From Octopus bimaculoides (lineage: Eukaryota), in assembly GCF_001194135.2 (NCBI RefSeq), contig NC_068981.1:179016919-179055350 (forward strand): a stretch of 38,432 bases of DNA, given 5' to 3'. The notes under the pieces were generated by a model. That model did no database searches and was not told where the DNA came from. It was given only the letters and a program-made list of their open reading frames with translations. A program made the translations under genes and the position numbers. Below, in pieces: positions 23,385 through 33,910 of the stretch; the first letter of the stretch is position 1, and each line of letters begins with the position of its first letter.

Positions 23385-23607
23385 TAACCAATACTCAAAA
23401 CTGAAGAAAGATTATGACCAAACATGGCATTGTTGGTGTGTATTGTAACCAAACTTGTTACAAAAGCAATTCAGTTTGAAGACCAAGAAGACAAAAAGTA
23501 TACAAATAAAAAAAAAAGTAATTTCTGCTTTGTCAGAACTCAACTATTTGACAAGGTAAATTATCAAACATATAAAATGTGCTTAAAAAATATGAAATCA
23601 TAAATAA

Positions 23608-24600
23608 TGGTTTCAAATTTTGGTACAAGGCCAGCAATTTTAGGGGAGGGGTAAGTCAATTATATCAACCCCAGAGTTTATCTGGTACTTATTTTATCGA
23701 CCCTGAAAGGATTAACAGTAAAGTTGACCTCTGCAGAATTTGAACTCGGAATGTAAAGAACCAGATGAAATGCTGCAATGCATTTTGTCTAATATGCTAA
23801 CAATTTTACAAGCTTACTGCCTTCATAAATAATCCTTTCTACTATAGGAACAAGGTCTGAAATTTTAGGGTAGGGGTTAGTCTATTACATTGATCCTAGT
23901 GCGTAGCTGGTACTTATTTCATTGACAACAAAGGATGAAGGGTTAAGTTGACCTCAGAACGTAAAGATATATGGACGAAATGCCGATATGCATTTTGTCC
24001 GGTGTGTTAATGATTCCGAATGTAAAGAACCACAAGAAATGTTACTAAAATTTCGTCCAGCATGATAACAATTCTACTGGCTCACTACCTTCATAAATAA
24101 GAAACAGAGATACAGCAAAATATATCTTGAATGAGAGAAAATGTTGATTTCCAAATTTGGCACAAGGGCACAATTTTGGAGTGGGGCTAGGTCAATTACA
24201 TCAACCCCAGTGCTCAACTGGTACTTATTTCATTGACCCTGGAAGGATGAAGGGCAAAGCCAACCCTGGCAGAATTTGAACTCAGAAAGTAGAGACATGA
24301 AATACCACTAAACATTTTGTCTGGTGTGCTAATGATACTTATTTCTTTATTGCCCACAAGGGGCTAAACAAGGACAGACAACGGGATTAAGTTGATTACA
24401 TCAACCCCAGTGTGTAACTGGTACTTAATTTATTGACTCTGAAAGGATGAAAGGCAAAGTCGACCTCGGTGGAATTTGAACTCAGAACGTAAAGACAGAT
24501 GAAATACCACTAAGCATTTCGCCCGGCATGTTAACATTTCTGCCAGCTTGCTGCTAAGCATTTTGTCTGGCGTGCTAACGATTCTGCCAACTCATTGCCT
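23608..24600 (-). mobile_element. Cluster of about four Meta-domain-like SINEs, one nested in another
   Basis: Repeated GGTACTTATTT.AT.GACCC.GAAAGGATGAAAGGCAAAGTCGACCTCGG..GAATTTGAACTCAGAA units. Confidence 0.85.
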
Positions 24601-25224
24601 TTATGAGAGAAAATATTGCTGAGAATTTCATATTTAGAGGTGCTGTATACCTATACCTCTCCGTTGAATTGAGATAATACTGAGTTAATACTGATGAGAG
24701 ATTCAAATTTCATACTGCACATATAAATGAAAAACAAAATAGCATAAATACTCAGCAATTTGCACAAGTGGGAAATCATCTCTTGGTTTAAAGCAAGTTA
24801 TCAACATTTTCTTGTGAATTTTTTTCTTTTAATAATATCTTAATAGTTCTGGTCAACAAATTAATTAATAAGAAGTTTGTTCTATCTTGCAAATATAAGT
24901 TTTAAATACCTGATTACATAAATTATCAACAGGAAATTTCAATTATTGTTGTTGTTGTTATCATCATTATCATTATACTGAATTGTGGCAGACTCTTAAA
25001 ATACAGGAGATATTGCTATATGTATGCATGTATATATATATGTATAATGTTTTTGCCAGACTATCAGTGTAACATAGCCTTTTGTCTTACAGTGTAATCA
25101 AGAGCTGAAAAAATTTTCAAAATTATGTCATAAAAATACAAGACTACACCACTGATTAAATTTGTGTTCCATAAAACATATAGATAAATTGTTTATTTCA
25201 ATATATAAGATGTTCAGTGTGTAT

Positions 25225-25241
25225 TACACACATACACATAC

Positions 25242-25284
<43 letters not shown>

Positions 25285-25683
25285 NNNNNNNNNNNNNNNN
25301 NNNNNNNNNNNNNNNNNNNNNNNNNNNNNNNNNNNNNNNNNNNNNNNNNNNNNNNNNNNNNNNNNNNNNNNNNNNNNNNNNNNNNNNNNNNNNNNNNNNN
25401 NNNNNNNNNNNNNNNNNNNNNNNNNNNNNNNNNNNNNNNNNNNNNNNNNNNNNNNNNNNNNNNNNNNNNNNNNNNNNNNNNNNNNNNNNNNNNNNNNNNN
25501 NNNNNNNNNNNNNNNNNNNNNNNNNNNNNNNNNNNNNNNNNNNNNNNNNNNNNNNNNNNNNNNNNNNNNNNNNNNNNNNNNNNNNNNNNNNNNNNNNNNN
25601 NNNNNNNNNNNNNNNNNNNNNNNNNNNNNNNNNNNNNNNNNNNNNNNNNNNNNNNNNNNNNNNNNNNNNNNNNNNNNNNNNNN

Positions 25684-25717
<34 letters not shown>

Positions 25718-25723
25718 TACACA

Positions 25724-25759
<36 letters not shown>

Positions 25760-25792
25760 CTATATATACACACACATATATAAATATATAAA
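25225..25792. repeat. (TA)n tract spanning N gap 25285-25683
   Basis: Seen directly. Confidence 0.95.
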
Positions 25793-26400
25793 CATATGTT
25801 TGTATGCATATGTCTATATAATAATTTCTTTCTCTCTCCGCTTACACACATAATAGATATACATACAAAACTGTCTGTTCATCAACAGACTCTTAACTTC
25901 ACTGGAAGAAATATTGTTATTTATAATCATAATACTTCTGTTCATCAGTACCATTATGTTTTTACCAACAAGAACAAGATATTAGTTTGTGTTAGTAGGT
26001 AGAGCTTCTGCTCTATGGATATAAATTTGCTGTGAAACTCATAGTCAGTCAATGAACAGTTAACCTCTGTTTGTTTCCTCATATATTTTATACTCTACAT
26101 AATACTGAGTGTTTGATTTTTGTTCAGACTGCCAACCATACATACATACATATTTCATATACACCTTCTCCTCAGCTTATGACAGAGTTCTGTTCCAAGT
26201 GACAGGTCATAAACTGATCTGAATGTATGTCGGATTTATATTTTTCAACACTATTTTCATTCATATGTAAATGGTGCTTGAAAGCGACTGAGTGTGAGAC
26301 AGCCGCAGGCAATGGATGCCAGGGTCTGAGGGAGTCCAGTGTTGCCAGATGCTGTCATAGTTATAGTATGCGCAGCTGCCCAAGTCCAAAAGTTGATTTT

Positions 26401-26406
26401 TTTATT
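26401..26406 (-). terminator. Candidate VHL polyadenylation signal (AATAAA); a second candidate at 25192..25197
   Basis: AATAAA on the minus strand about 230 nt after the VHL stop codon. The hexamer is common in AT-rich DNA, so usage is unproven. Confidence 0.35.
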
Positions 26407-26632
26407 CCCTTATTTTTTTTTGTGGTCGTAAGTGCAGATGGTCATAATTTGCATAGGTTGTAAGTTGAGGAGGTGTACATATATACATATAAACACATGC
26501 ACGCGCATGCACACAAACATACACACACACACGACAGACAAAATGAACTTATTGATCCATGTCTAGAAATGTGTATATACACAATTAGCAAGGTTTCATC
26601 ACAAACCAACCATACTGATGTACTTGTATACC

Positions 26633-26793
26633 TCAACTCTTAGATATGGAAACAGGTTTGCCAAGATATGAGCTCTTGTAAAAATATTTTTTCATTTCCC
26701 ATATTAAGCTTTTTGGTAGTTCCAAATCATCAATTTGATTACACGGAATGATGGCTCTTAATTTTTGCAGGCAACATTCTTTGAGATTGTAAA
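26633..26793 (-). CDS. VHL: pVHL coding exon 2: alpha domain (BC-box and cullin-2 box) to stop codon
   Basis: Acceptor TTCTCTCTCCCTTTCAG|TT. The spliced G+TT codon gives V, then YNLKECCLQKLRAIIPCNQIDDLELPKSLIWEMKKYFYKSSYLGKPVSISKS-TGA, matching human VYTLKERCLQVVR...LDIVRSLYEDL. Phase matches exon 1. Intron is 5556 bp. Confidence 0.93.
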
Positions 26794-27581
26794 CTGAAAG
26801 GGAGAGAGAAAAAAAATATTAATCAAATATATTTGAACACCACGGGTGCTAATACAGGCAACAATGATTGTGATTACAACATGTACCAAAGAATAAGGCT
26901 TTCCATAACAGGATTATCTCATGATCAATCTTTTAGTCTCCAGATTAGTCTGTCATATGTAAATGGTTATTTATTCTCATTGTTTTGAATTAATCATGCA
27001 TAATAGGCACAGGCATGGCTGCGTGCTAAGAAGCTTGTTTGCCAACCACATGGTTCCAGGTTCAGTCCCACTGCATGGCACCTTGGGCAAGTGTCTTCTA
27101 CTATAGCCTCAAGCCGACCAAAGCCTTGGGAATGGATGTGGTAGATGGAAACTGAAAGAAGCCTGTTTTAGTGGTTTGCAGGCACTCCCTTTAAGTGTGC
27201 AGACATGTGGCTTAGTGGTTAGGGTGTTGGACTCAAGATTGTAAGATTGTGGTTTCGATTCCTGGATCACGCGACGTGTGTTCTCAAGCAAAAATTCCAT
27301 TTCCCATTGCTCCAGTCCATTGAGCTAGCAAAAATGAGTAATTCTGCAATGGACTGGCGTCCCATCCAGCTGGGCGAATTTATATGCCAGGAAACCGTGA
27401 AACCAGCTGTTATGAGTCAGCATGACTTCAGAAGGTAAAAAGAAAAAGAAAGAAAAACATTTTTATATTTCAACAACATTAATTGATACAAATGATGTGA
27501 CTGGATAAATAAATTTTGATTGATTGCCCAGCACATTAACTTGTTAACAATACTTGGATTTACTCAGTGTATTATTTTTCA

Positions 27582-27794
27582 GTACCGCCTGACTGGCCTT
27601 TGTGCGGGTGACACGTAAAAACACCTACTACACTCTCTGAGTGGTTGGCGTTAGGAAGGGCATCCAGCTGTAGAAACTCTGCCAAATCAGATTGGAGCCT
27701 TGTGTTGCCATCCGGTTCCACCAGCCCTCAGTCAAATCGTCCAACCCATGCTAGCATGGAAAGCAGACGTTAAACGATGATGATGATGATGATG
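27582..27794 (+). mobile_element. RTE LINE 3' UTR and tail copy
   Basis: Near-identical to the reverse complement of 28579-28770; (GAT)n tail. Confidence 0.85.
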
Positions 27795-28497
27795 AGTTTA
27801 GATAGTTGATAGCTATCACCTGCACCTTTATTCTTTATATATTGACACAAAAAAAAGCTTATCTTTATTCTGTGAAAAAAATTTACTTCCAGGAATGTGA
27901 GAAAAGCAAACCCACAGACCTATTCGGCAGTGATCCAAAGAAGCTAATAATAATAATAATGACAATGTCCTCATACTTGTCAACAAAAAAGTGATTTTGA
28001 AATAGAAAAGAAATGACAGAAAATGTATCAACAAAAATTTTGTGGAATTTTAATATCCAAATAGGTTAGAGTGACAGGGTCCCATTGACTGGATATTGGC
28101 TGTGGCTGAGAAAGAAACATGGAAATATTATACAGAAGATGTAACCATTTCTTGTGATCATAATACAGCCAGCAAAGAGCACAAAATCCTCCTGAAAGAA
28201 GCTGACAATTATTCAGAGTTTCACTTTGAAATTGAAGAACAGACAAACAATGCACCAACTGTAATTGGCACTTCTGGCCCCTTTCCTTTACAATTTAACA
28301 ATGTACATCAACAAACAAAATATAATGCCTAACATTGCAGTTACACATAAATCAGCACTTCTTAGAATTGCCAATATTTTGCAAAACTTACTCTCAGTCC
28401 TGGGTTATGTGATTCCATGTACCCAGATAGTATGCATTTAGCTTAGATCTTAATCTGTGTTAAAAGATACAAATAATAATAATAATAATAATAATAA

Positions 28498-29323
28498 CTC
28501 GAATGTGGAATCTAAAAACAGAAACAATTCCTATCATAGTAGGTGCCTTAGGTGTAATAAAAAAATATTCAGACAAATCATCATCATCATCATCATCATC
28601 GTTTAACGTCCGCTTTCCATACTAGTATGGGTTGGACGATTTGACTGAGGACTGGTGAAACCGGATGGCAACACCAGGCTCCAGTCTAATTTGGCAGAGT
28701 TTCTACAGCTGGATGCCCTTCCTAACGCCAACCACTCAGAGAGTGTAGTGGGTGCTTTTACGTGTCACCCACACGAAAACGGCCACGCTCGAAATGGTGT
28801 CTNNNNNNNNNNNNNNNNNNNNNNNNNNNNNNNNNNNNNNNNNNNNNNNNNNNNNNNNNNNNNNNNNNNNNNNNNNNNNNNNNNNNNNNNNNNNNNNNNN
28901 NNNNNNNNNNNNNNNNNNNNNNNNNNNNNNNNNNNNNNNNNNNNNNNNNNNNNNNNNNNNNNNNNNNNNNNNNNNNNNNNNNNNNNNNNNNNNNNNNNNN
29001 NNNNNNNNNNNNNNNNNNNNNNNNNNNNNNNNNNNNNNNNNNNNNNNNNNNNNGGTCTTCCTGGGCCTACCTCTTCCACGGGTTCCCTCAACTGTTAGGG
29101 TGTGGCACTTTTTCACGCAGATACATAACAAAAACACCAGGACTTACAAATATATATAACATACAGAAAATTGCACTACTGGGTACTGCACATATTCTAC
29201 ACAAAACACTTTCAATACAGTAAACATACGAGCACCACAGCAAACCACAGCACATACCCAAGGCGCACAGAGCTGCGCTCGGTAGTGAAGTGAAAGCACG
29301 TTATAAAAATAAAACTACTGAAC
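28498..29323 (+). mobile_element. 3' fragment of a Dong/R4 LINE inserted in (AAT)n and split by an RTE insertion
   Basis: RMWNLKTETIPIIVGALGVIKKYSDK (28498-28578) continues as YITKTPGLTNIYNIQKIALLGTAHILHKTLSIQ* (29121-29223), followed by a 3' UTR. (AAT)n runs flank both ends. Confidence 0.85.
28579..29120 (-). mobile_element. 5'-truncated RTE-clade LINE (ORF2 end, 3' UTR and (GAT)n tail), spanning an N gap
   Basis: Minus strand encodes CVKKCHTLTVEGTRGRGRPRKT (RTE C-terminal GRP motif), then a 3' UTR containing GGTTGGCGTTAGGAAGGGCATCCAGCTG and ending GGACGTTAAACGATGATGATG. Confidence 0.85.
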
Positions 29324-29340
29324 AATAATAATAATAATAA

Positions 29341-29701
29341 GAGCACGCAGAGAGTGCAAACCTCTACCAAGGCAACACCAATGTCTTCTCAACGATTAGC
29401 CGGAGATGGTTTTTAAAATGAGAATATTTGAAATAGACTCAACTGCTCTTACAAACGAAAATACTAAAAATGAACCAGACCGCTCCCAAAAATTAAGTGA
29501 AAAAAACTCAGAAAAATAATCTAGAATCTTTGTCCAGTGCCGGATCAATCCTAAAATCTAATCAGTTCATGCCAGTCATGAGGCCAAATATCACTGAAAG
29601 TTTCCTCTGAATCCATCCAGCGGTTCTTGAGATATCTTGTCCACGGACAAACAAACAAACACAACTGAAAACAATACCGCTACCTTCGCTAAGACAGAGG
29701 T
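29341..29701 (-). mobile_element. Non-autonomous Helentron-type element (HINE/DINE-1-like)
   Basis: Subterminal inverted repeats (ACCTCTACCAAGG near 29360 and CCTTCGCTAAGACAGAGGT near 29683), a (GTTT)n microsatellite near the 5' end, a 3' stem-loop GCAC-N7-GTGC, and insertion within (TTA)n. Confidence 0.65.
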
Positions 29702-29911
29702 AATAATAATAAGGCCTGAAACTTAGGGGAGGGGGGGGTCTTGTCAATTACATTGACTCCAATACTCAACTGGTACTTGTTTTATCGACTCTGAAAGGAT
29801 GAAAAGCAAAGTCGACCTCGGCGGAATTTGAACTCAGAACATAAAGACAGATGAAATACTCTAAGCATTTTGTCCAGCATGCTAACAATTCTGCTATCTC
29901 ACTGCCTCCCT

Positions 29912-29947
<36 letters not shown>

Positions 29948-29957
29948 ATAATACTGG

Positions 29958-30330
29958 TTGGTACTCCGTCGGTTACGACGATGAGGGTTCCATTTGATCC
30001 GATCAATGGAACAGCCTGTGGAACGTGCAAGTGGCTGAGTACTCCACAGACACGTGTACCCTTAACGTGGTTCTCGGGGAGATTCAGCGTGACACAGAGT
30101 GTGACAAGGCTGACCCTTTGAATTACGGGCACAACAGAAACAGGAAGTAAGACTGAGAGAAAGTTGTGGTGAAAGAGTACAGCAGGGTTCGCCACCATCC
30201 CCTGCCGGAGCCTCATAGAGCTTTAGGTGTTTTCGCTCAATAAACACTCACAATGCCCGGTCTGGGAATCGAAACCGCAATCCTACGACTGCGAGCCCGC
30301 TGCTCTAACCACTGGGCCATTGCGCCTCCA
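29958..30330 (-). mobile_element. CORE-type SINE, full length (partial + strand copies at ~27200-27430 and ~34670-34830)
   Basis: Reverse-complement homolog of 2540-2865, next to a (GTA)n run. Confidence 0.85.
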
Positions 30331-31547
30331 TAGTAATAATAATAATTTCTAACAATAACACAAGGCCACAAACTTCGTGGAAGTAATCAGTCATTTCTAC
30401 TGACACATGTACATAATAGACATTTATATTATAAACTTCTGAAGGATGAAAAGCAAAGCTTATCTGCAAAAGAATTTGAAATGACAATGTAAAGGGACAT
30501 AACTAAATACTGCAAGTTATTTAGCTGCGACATCCTACTAATTTCTAACATTCACTACCTCAGTGTTAATACTAATAACAGTGATTTCTAAAAAAAAAAA
30601 TGTAAGCTCACAATACTTTTGGCAGGTGGTGAGGAGGGGGAAAATGAAAATAACTTGATTAGATTAAATGATAATTATTTTATATATCCCACTAAGCTAG
30701 ACTAATGAAAAGCGAAGTTGACCTCAGCAAGATTTGAATTCAGTTTTGAAAAGGTCAATGCTAAATATTTCAAAGTAGCTTCTCTGACCCTTTGAATGCT
30801 GCTGTATACACAATATTTAAACCAATACAATCCCATATAGACTCCCCTCTAATAAAACAATGTGGCACCACACATCTCACGAACATGGAGGTGTGCTTAA
30901 TGGTACGTTGGAAACTTGTGAAAAACAATATTAATTATTACGTTTACGTATTTGTTTTGCAAGATTCTTGATGTGAAATCCTGTATTGAAACAAATATTC
31001 AAATATTGTTATACTTGGGGACATTCAGCTTTTACTAATTAAACACATGCACTATATATTTGATCTTCATTTTAGCATTATTATTTGTCACACAATGTGA
31101 TTTCTTCAGCGATTTTCTGACCCTCTTGTCCTGCCTATTCCATTTTGTCATTAGCAGAGACAAAGGAACTTTGGCAAATGTACTAATAATAATAATCCTT
31201 TCTACTAAAGGCACAAATCCCGAAGTGTTGGGGGAGGAGATTAGTTGATTACATCGACTCCAATGTTTCACTGGATGTTTTCACTCCAATGTTTATCAAC
31301 ACCGAAAGGATGAGAGGTGAAGTTGATCTTGGCGGAATTTGGACTCAGAACAGCAACAGCTTTTACTTCATGCCAACAAGGTAAGACTTTAGCCCAAGTG
31401 TTCCACCTGCTAGATAGAGAAAGAATATTTCCCTCAAAATCACATCTTGCCATGTTAAATAATTAAGAAAGGATACACTGGAAAAATGTGTTAGAGATAC
31501 ATACAGCTGATATGTATATATTTATATATATATATATATATATGTGT

Positions 31548-31715
31548 CATCATCATCATCTTTTAACGTCCACTTTCTATGCTAGCATGGGCTAGACGAT
31601 TTGACTGAGAACTGGTGAACCAGGTGGCTGCACCAGGCTCCAATCTGATCTGGTAGAGTTTCTACAGCTGGATGCCCTTCCTAACGCCAACCACTCCGAG
31701 AGTGTAGTACACACA
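31548..31715 (-). mobile_element. RTE LINE 3' UTR and tail copy (more degraded copies near 34035-34230 and 34560-34660)
   Basis: Same CATCATC...AACGTCC...GCTGGATGCCCTTCCTAACGCCAACC motif as 28579-28770. Confidence 0.8.
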
Positions 31716-32349
31716 TATGCCCATGCCACCAATGTTGTCCGAGGGAGAGGCAAAGGCCAGTACAGCTTGGCAATCAGTGACATCACAACTCATTTTTTAC
31801 AGCTCAGTGAACTGAGCTACATGAAATAAAGTGTTCTGCTCAAGAACAGAACACACAGCCCAGTCTGGGAACTGAGCTCACAGCCAAATGATTGTAAACC
31901 TGATGCTGTAACCACTAAGGCATGGGCCTTATGTGTGTGTGTATAATGATTGTCAGAAAACTGTCCTTCAGGTGGCATTTCTGTTACTACAAGTAGCAGC
32001 AGTGGTAGTAGTGGTAATAAATAAGTAGCTTACAAAGAAACTCATGGTGGTCTTTCTTGGGAAATAGTAAGTAGAAAAAGTCTAACTATCTACTTAAGGA
32101 AGAAGACAAGGTTAGCATTTCAGGCAGAACTCTTTGGAGAAAAAAATGATGATATTTGTGCATGTGTCTTTGTTTGTCCCATGTCCCTGCTTGACAGCTC
32201 AGCTGGTGTTGGTGACAGAATAAGTACCTGGCTTTAAAAAAAAACATAGAAGGGTTGATTCTTTCGACTAAAAATTTTTCAAGGCGATGCCCTTGCATGG
32301 CTGCAGTCTAATGACTGAAACAAGATGCAAGATAAAAGAGAACATATAC

Positions 32350-32662
32350 CTGGTATTACAATATTAACAACTCTGCGAGAAGTGCCATCCCGTTGGTAGC
32401 AGTGAGCCACTGGTTCATATACCTCCTTCAACTGGACTACTAATTTGTCACCGGTATTTGTATCCCGAAAAATCCATGGATGTCCGACAAAGGTGTTCAC
32501 ATCAACCCAATGCTGGGATGACAAAGTTTTATAATGGACACTGACACCCTCATAGTTCAACCAAACTATATCAACTTCTCTTTCAGTACAGTTCATAAAT
32601 CTTATATAAGACTTTTGACAGGATGGCTGTGACTTGACTCGAGGAGCTTCAACTTCTGACAT
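32350..32662 (-). CDS. VHL: von Hippel-Lindau protein (pVHL), coding exon 1: beta domain, codons 1-104 plus 1 nt
   Basis: Translation MSEVEAPRVKSQPS...FMNCTEREVDIVWLNYEGVSVHYKTL...NTFVGHPWIFRD...VNIVIP matches the VHL beta domain (human VWLNFDGEPQPYPTL, HSYRGHLWLFRD, ANITLP). It ends at donor CCAG|GTATAT (phase 1). An in-frame TAG lies upstream of the ATG. Confidence 0.95.
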
Positions 32663-32711
32663 AATTACAGTTTCTGTTATCTACTGTTTCGAAGGGACGT
32701 AATTCAGGAAA
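32663..32711 (-). other. VHL: VHL 5' UTR segment downstream of a splice acceptor (implies an upstream non-coding exon)
   Basis: Minus strand reads TTTGTTTTATTTTCAG|TTTCCTG 49 nt before the ATG, with an in-frame TAG between acceptor and ATG. Confidence 0.65.
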
Positions 32712-33396
32712 CTGAAAATAAAACAAATAGTTGTCAAGGTCTAAACACTAAATAATCATCGATGGCGAAAGTTAAAGTCAATTAGGAACAAAACAAAAAC
32801 AAACAAAAAACATAAATACAAATTTAAAAAAATGAATACCAGTAAAAATCTTCAACTCTAATACTAGAGTACAAAAGAATAATACAAATTCTCTCCCTTG
32901 AAATTGGGTGAAAGGTTAGCTTATCAACTACATGACTTTGGGTTCAATCCCACTTTGGGGAAGTGTCTCCTATTATAGCCGTGTAAGTAGTTCTGGTTGA
33001 CTAAAGGAAGCCAGTCCCATATATGTACATATGTGAACTCTCGTTATTACGATAGTAAGTTACACACCCAACCACAAGGTCTTCACACACACATTCATGA
33101 TTACACAGGTTTAAAAACCAAAGCTGTGTTCCGGTTTGATTGAATAAGTACTAGGGTCAATATGATCAATTAAACCATTGAAGGTGCTCCAGTATGTTTA
33201 CACTCCAATGCCTTTAACTAATAATATATGTGTATGTATATATATATATAGGCGTAGGTGTGGCTGGTTCCCAACCACATGGTCCCAGGTTCAGTTCCAC
33301 TGAGTGGCATCTTGGGGAAGTGTCTTCTGCTAAAGCCTCAGGCTGACCAAAGCCTTGTGAGTGGATCTGGTAGATGGAAACAAAGAAGCCCGTTGT

Positions 33397-33855
33397 ATAT
33401 ATATATATATATATATATATATNNNNNNNNNNNNNNNNNNNNNNNNNNNNNNNNNNNNNNNNNNNNNNNNNNNNNNNNNNNNNNNNNNNNNNNNNNNNNN
33501 NNNNNNNNNNNNNNNNNNNNNNNNNNNNNNNNNNNNNNNNNNNNNNNNNNNNNNNNNNNNNNNNNNNNNNNNNNNNNNNNNNNNNNNNNNNNNNNNNNNN
33601 NNNNNNNNNNNNNNNNNNNNNNNNNNNNNNNNNNNNNNNNNNNNNNNNNNNNNNNNNNNNNNNNNNNNNNNNNNNNNNNNNNNNNNNNNNNNNNNNNNNN
33701 NNNNNNNNNNNNNNNNNNNNNNNNNNNNNNNNNNNNNNNNNNNNNNNNNNNNNNNNNNNNNNNNNNNNNNNNNNNNNNNNNNNNNNNNNNNNNNNNNNNN
33801 NNNNNNNNNNNNNNNNNNNNNNNNNNNNNNNNNNNNNNNNNNNNNNNNNNNNNNN

Positions 33856-33904
<49 letters not shown>

Positions 33905-33910
33905 TATACA
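33397..33910. repeat. (TA)n tract spanning N gap 33423-33855, starting at the internal microsatellite position of a SINE
   Basis: Seen directly; it follows the SINE head that ends GAAGCCCGTTG. Confidence 0.93.

Noticed and set aside
28096-28332. 78-aa ORF antisense within the VHL intron
   Set aside because: No ATG start (non-ATG initiation in the track), no recognisable domain and no convincing splice context.
32279-32349. C-terminus GICSLLSC...RASP of the ORF-track VHL call
   Set aside because: It is intronic SINE-derived sequence after a canonical donor; the true alpha domain is at 26793..26633.
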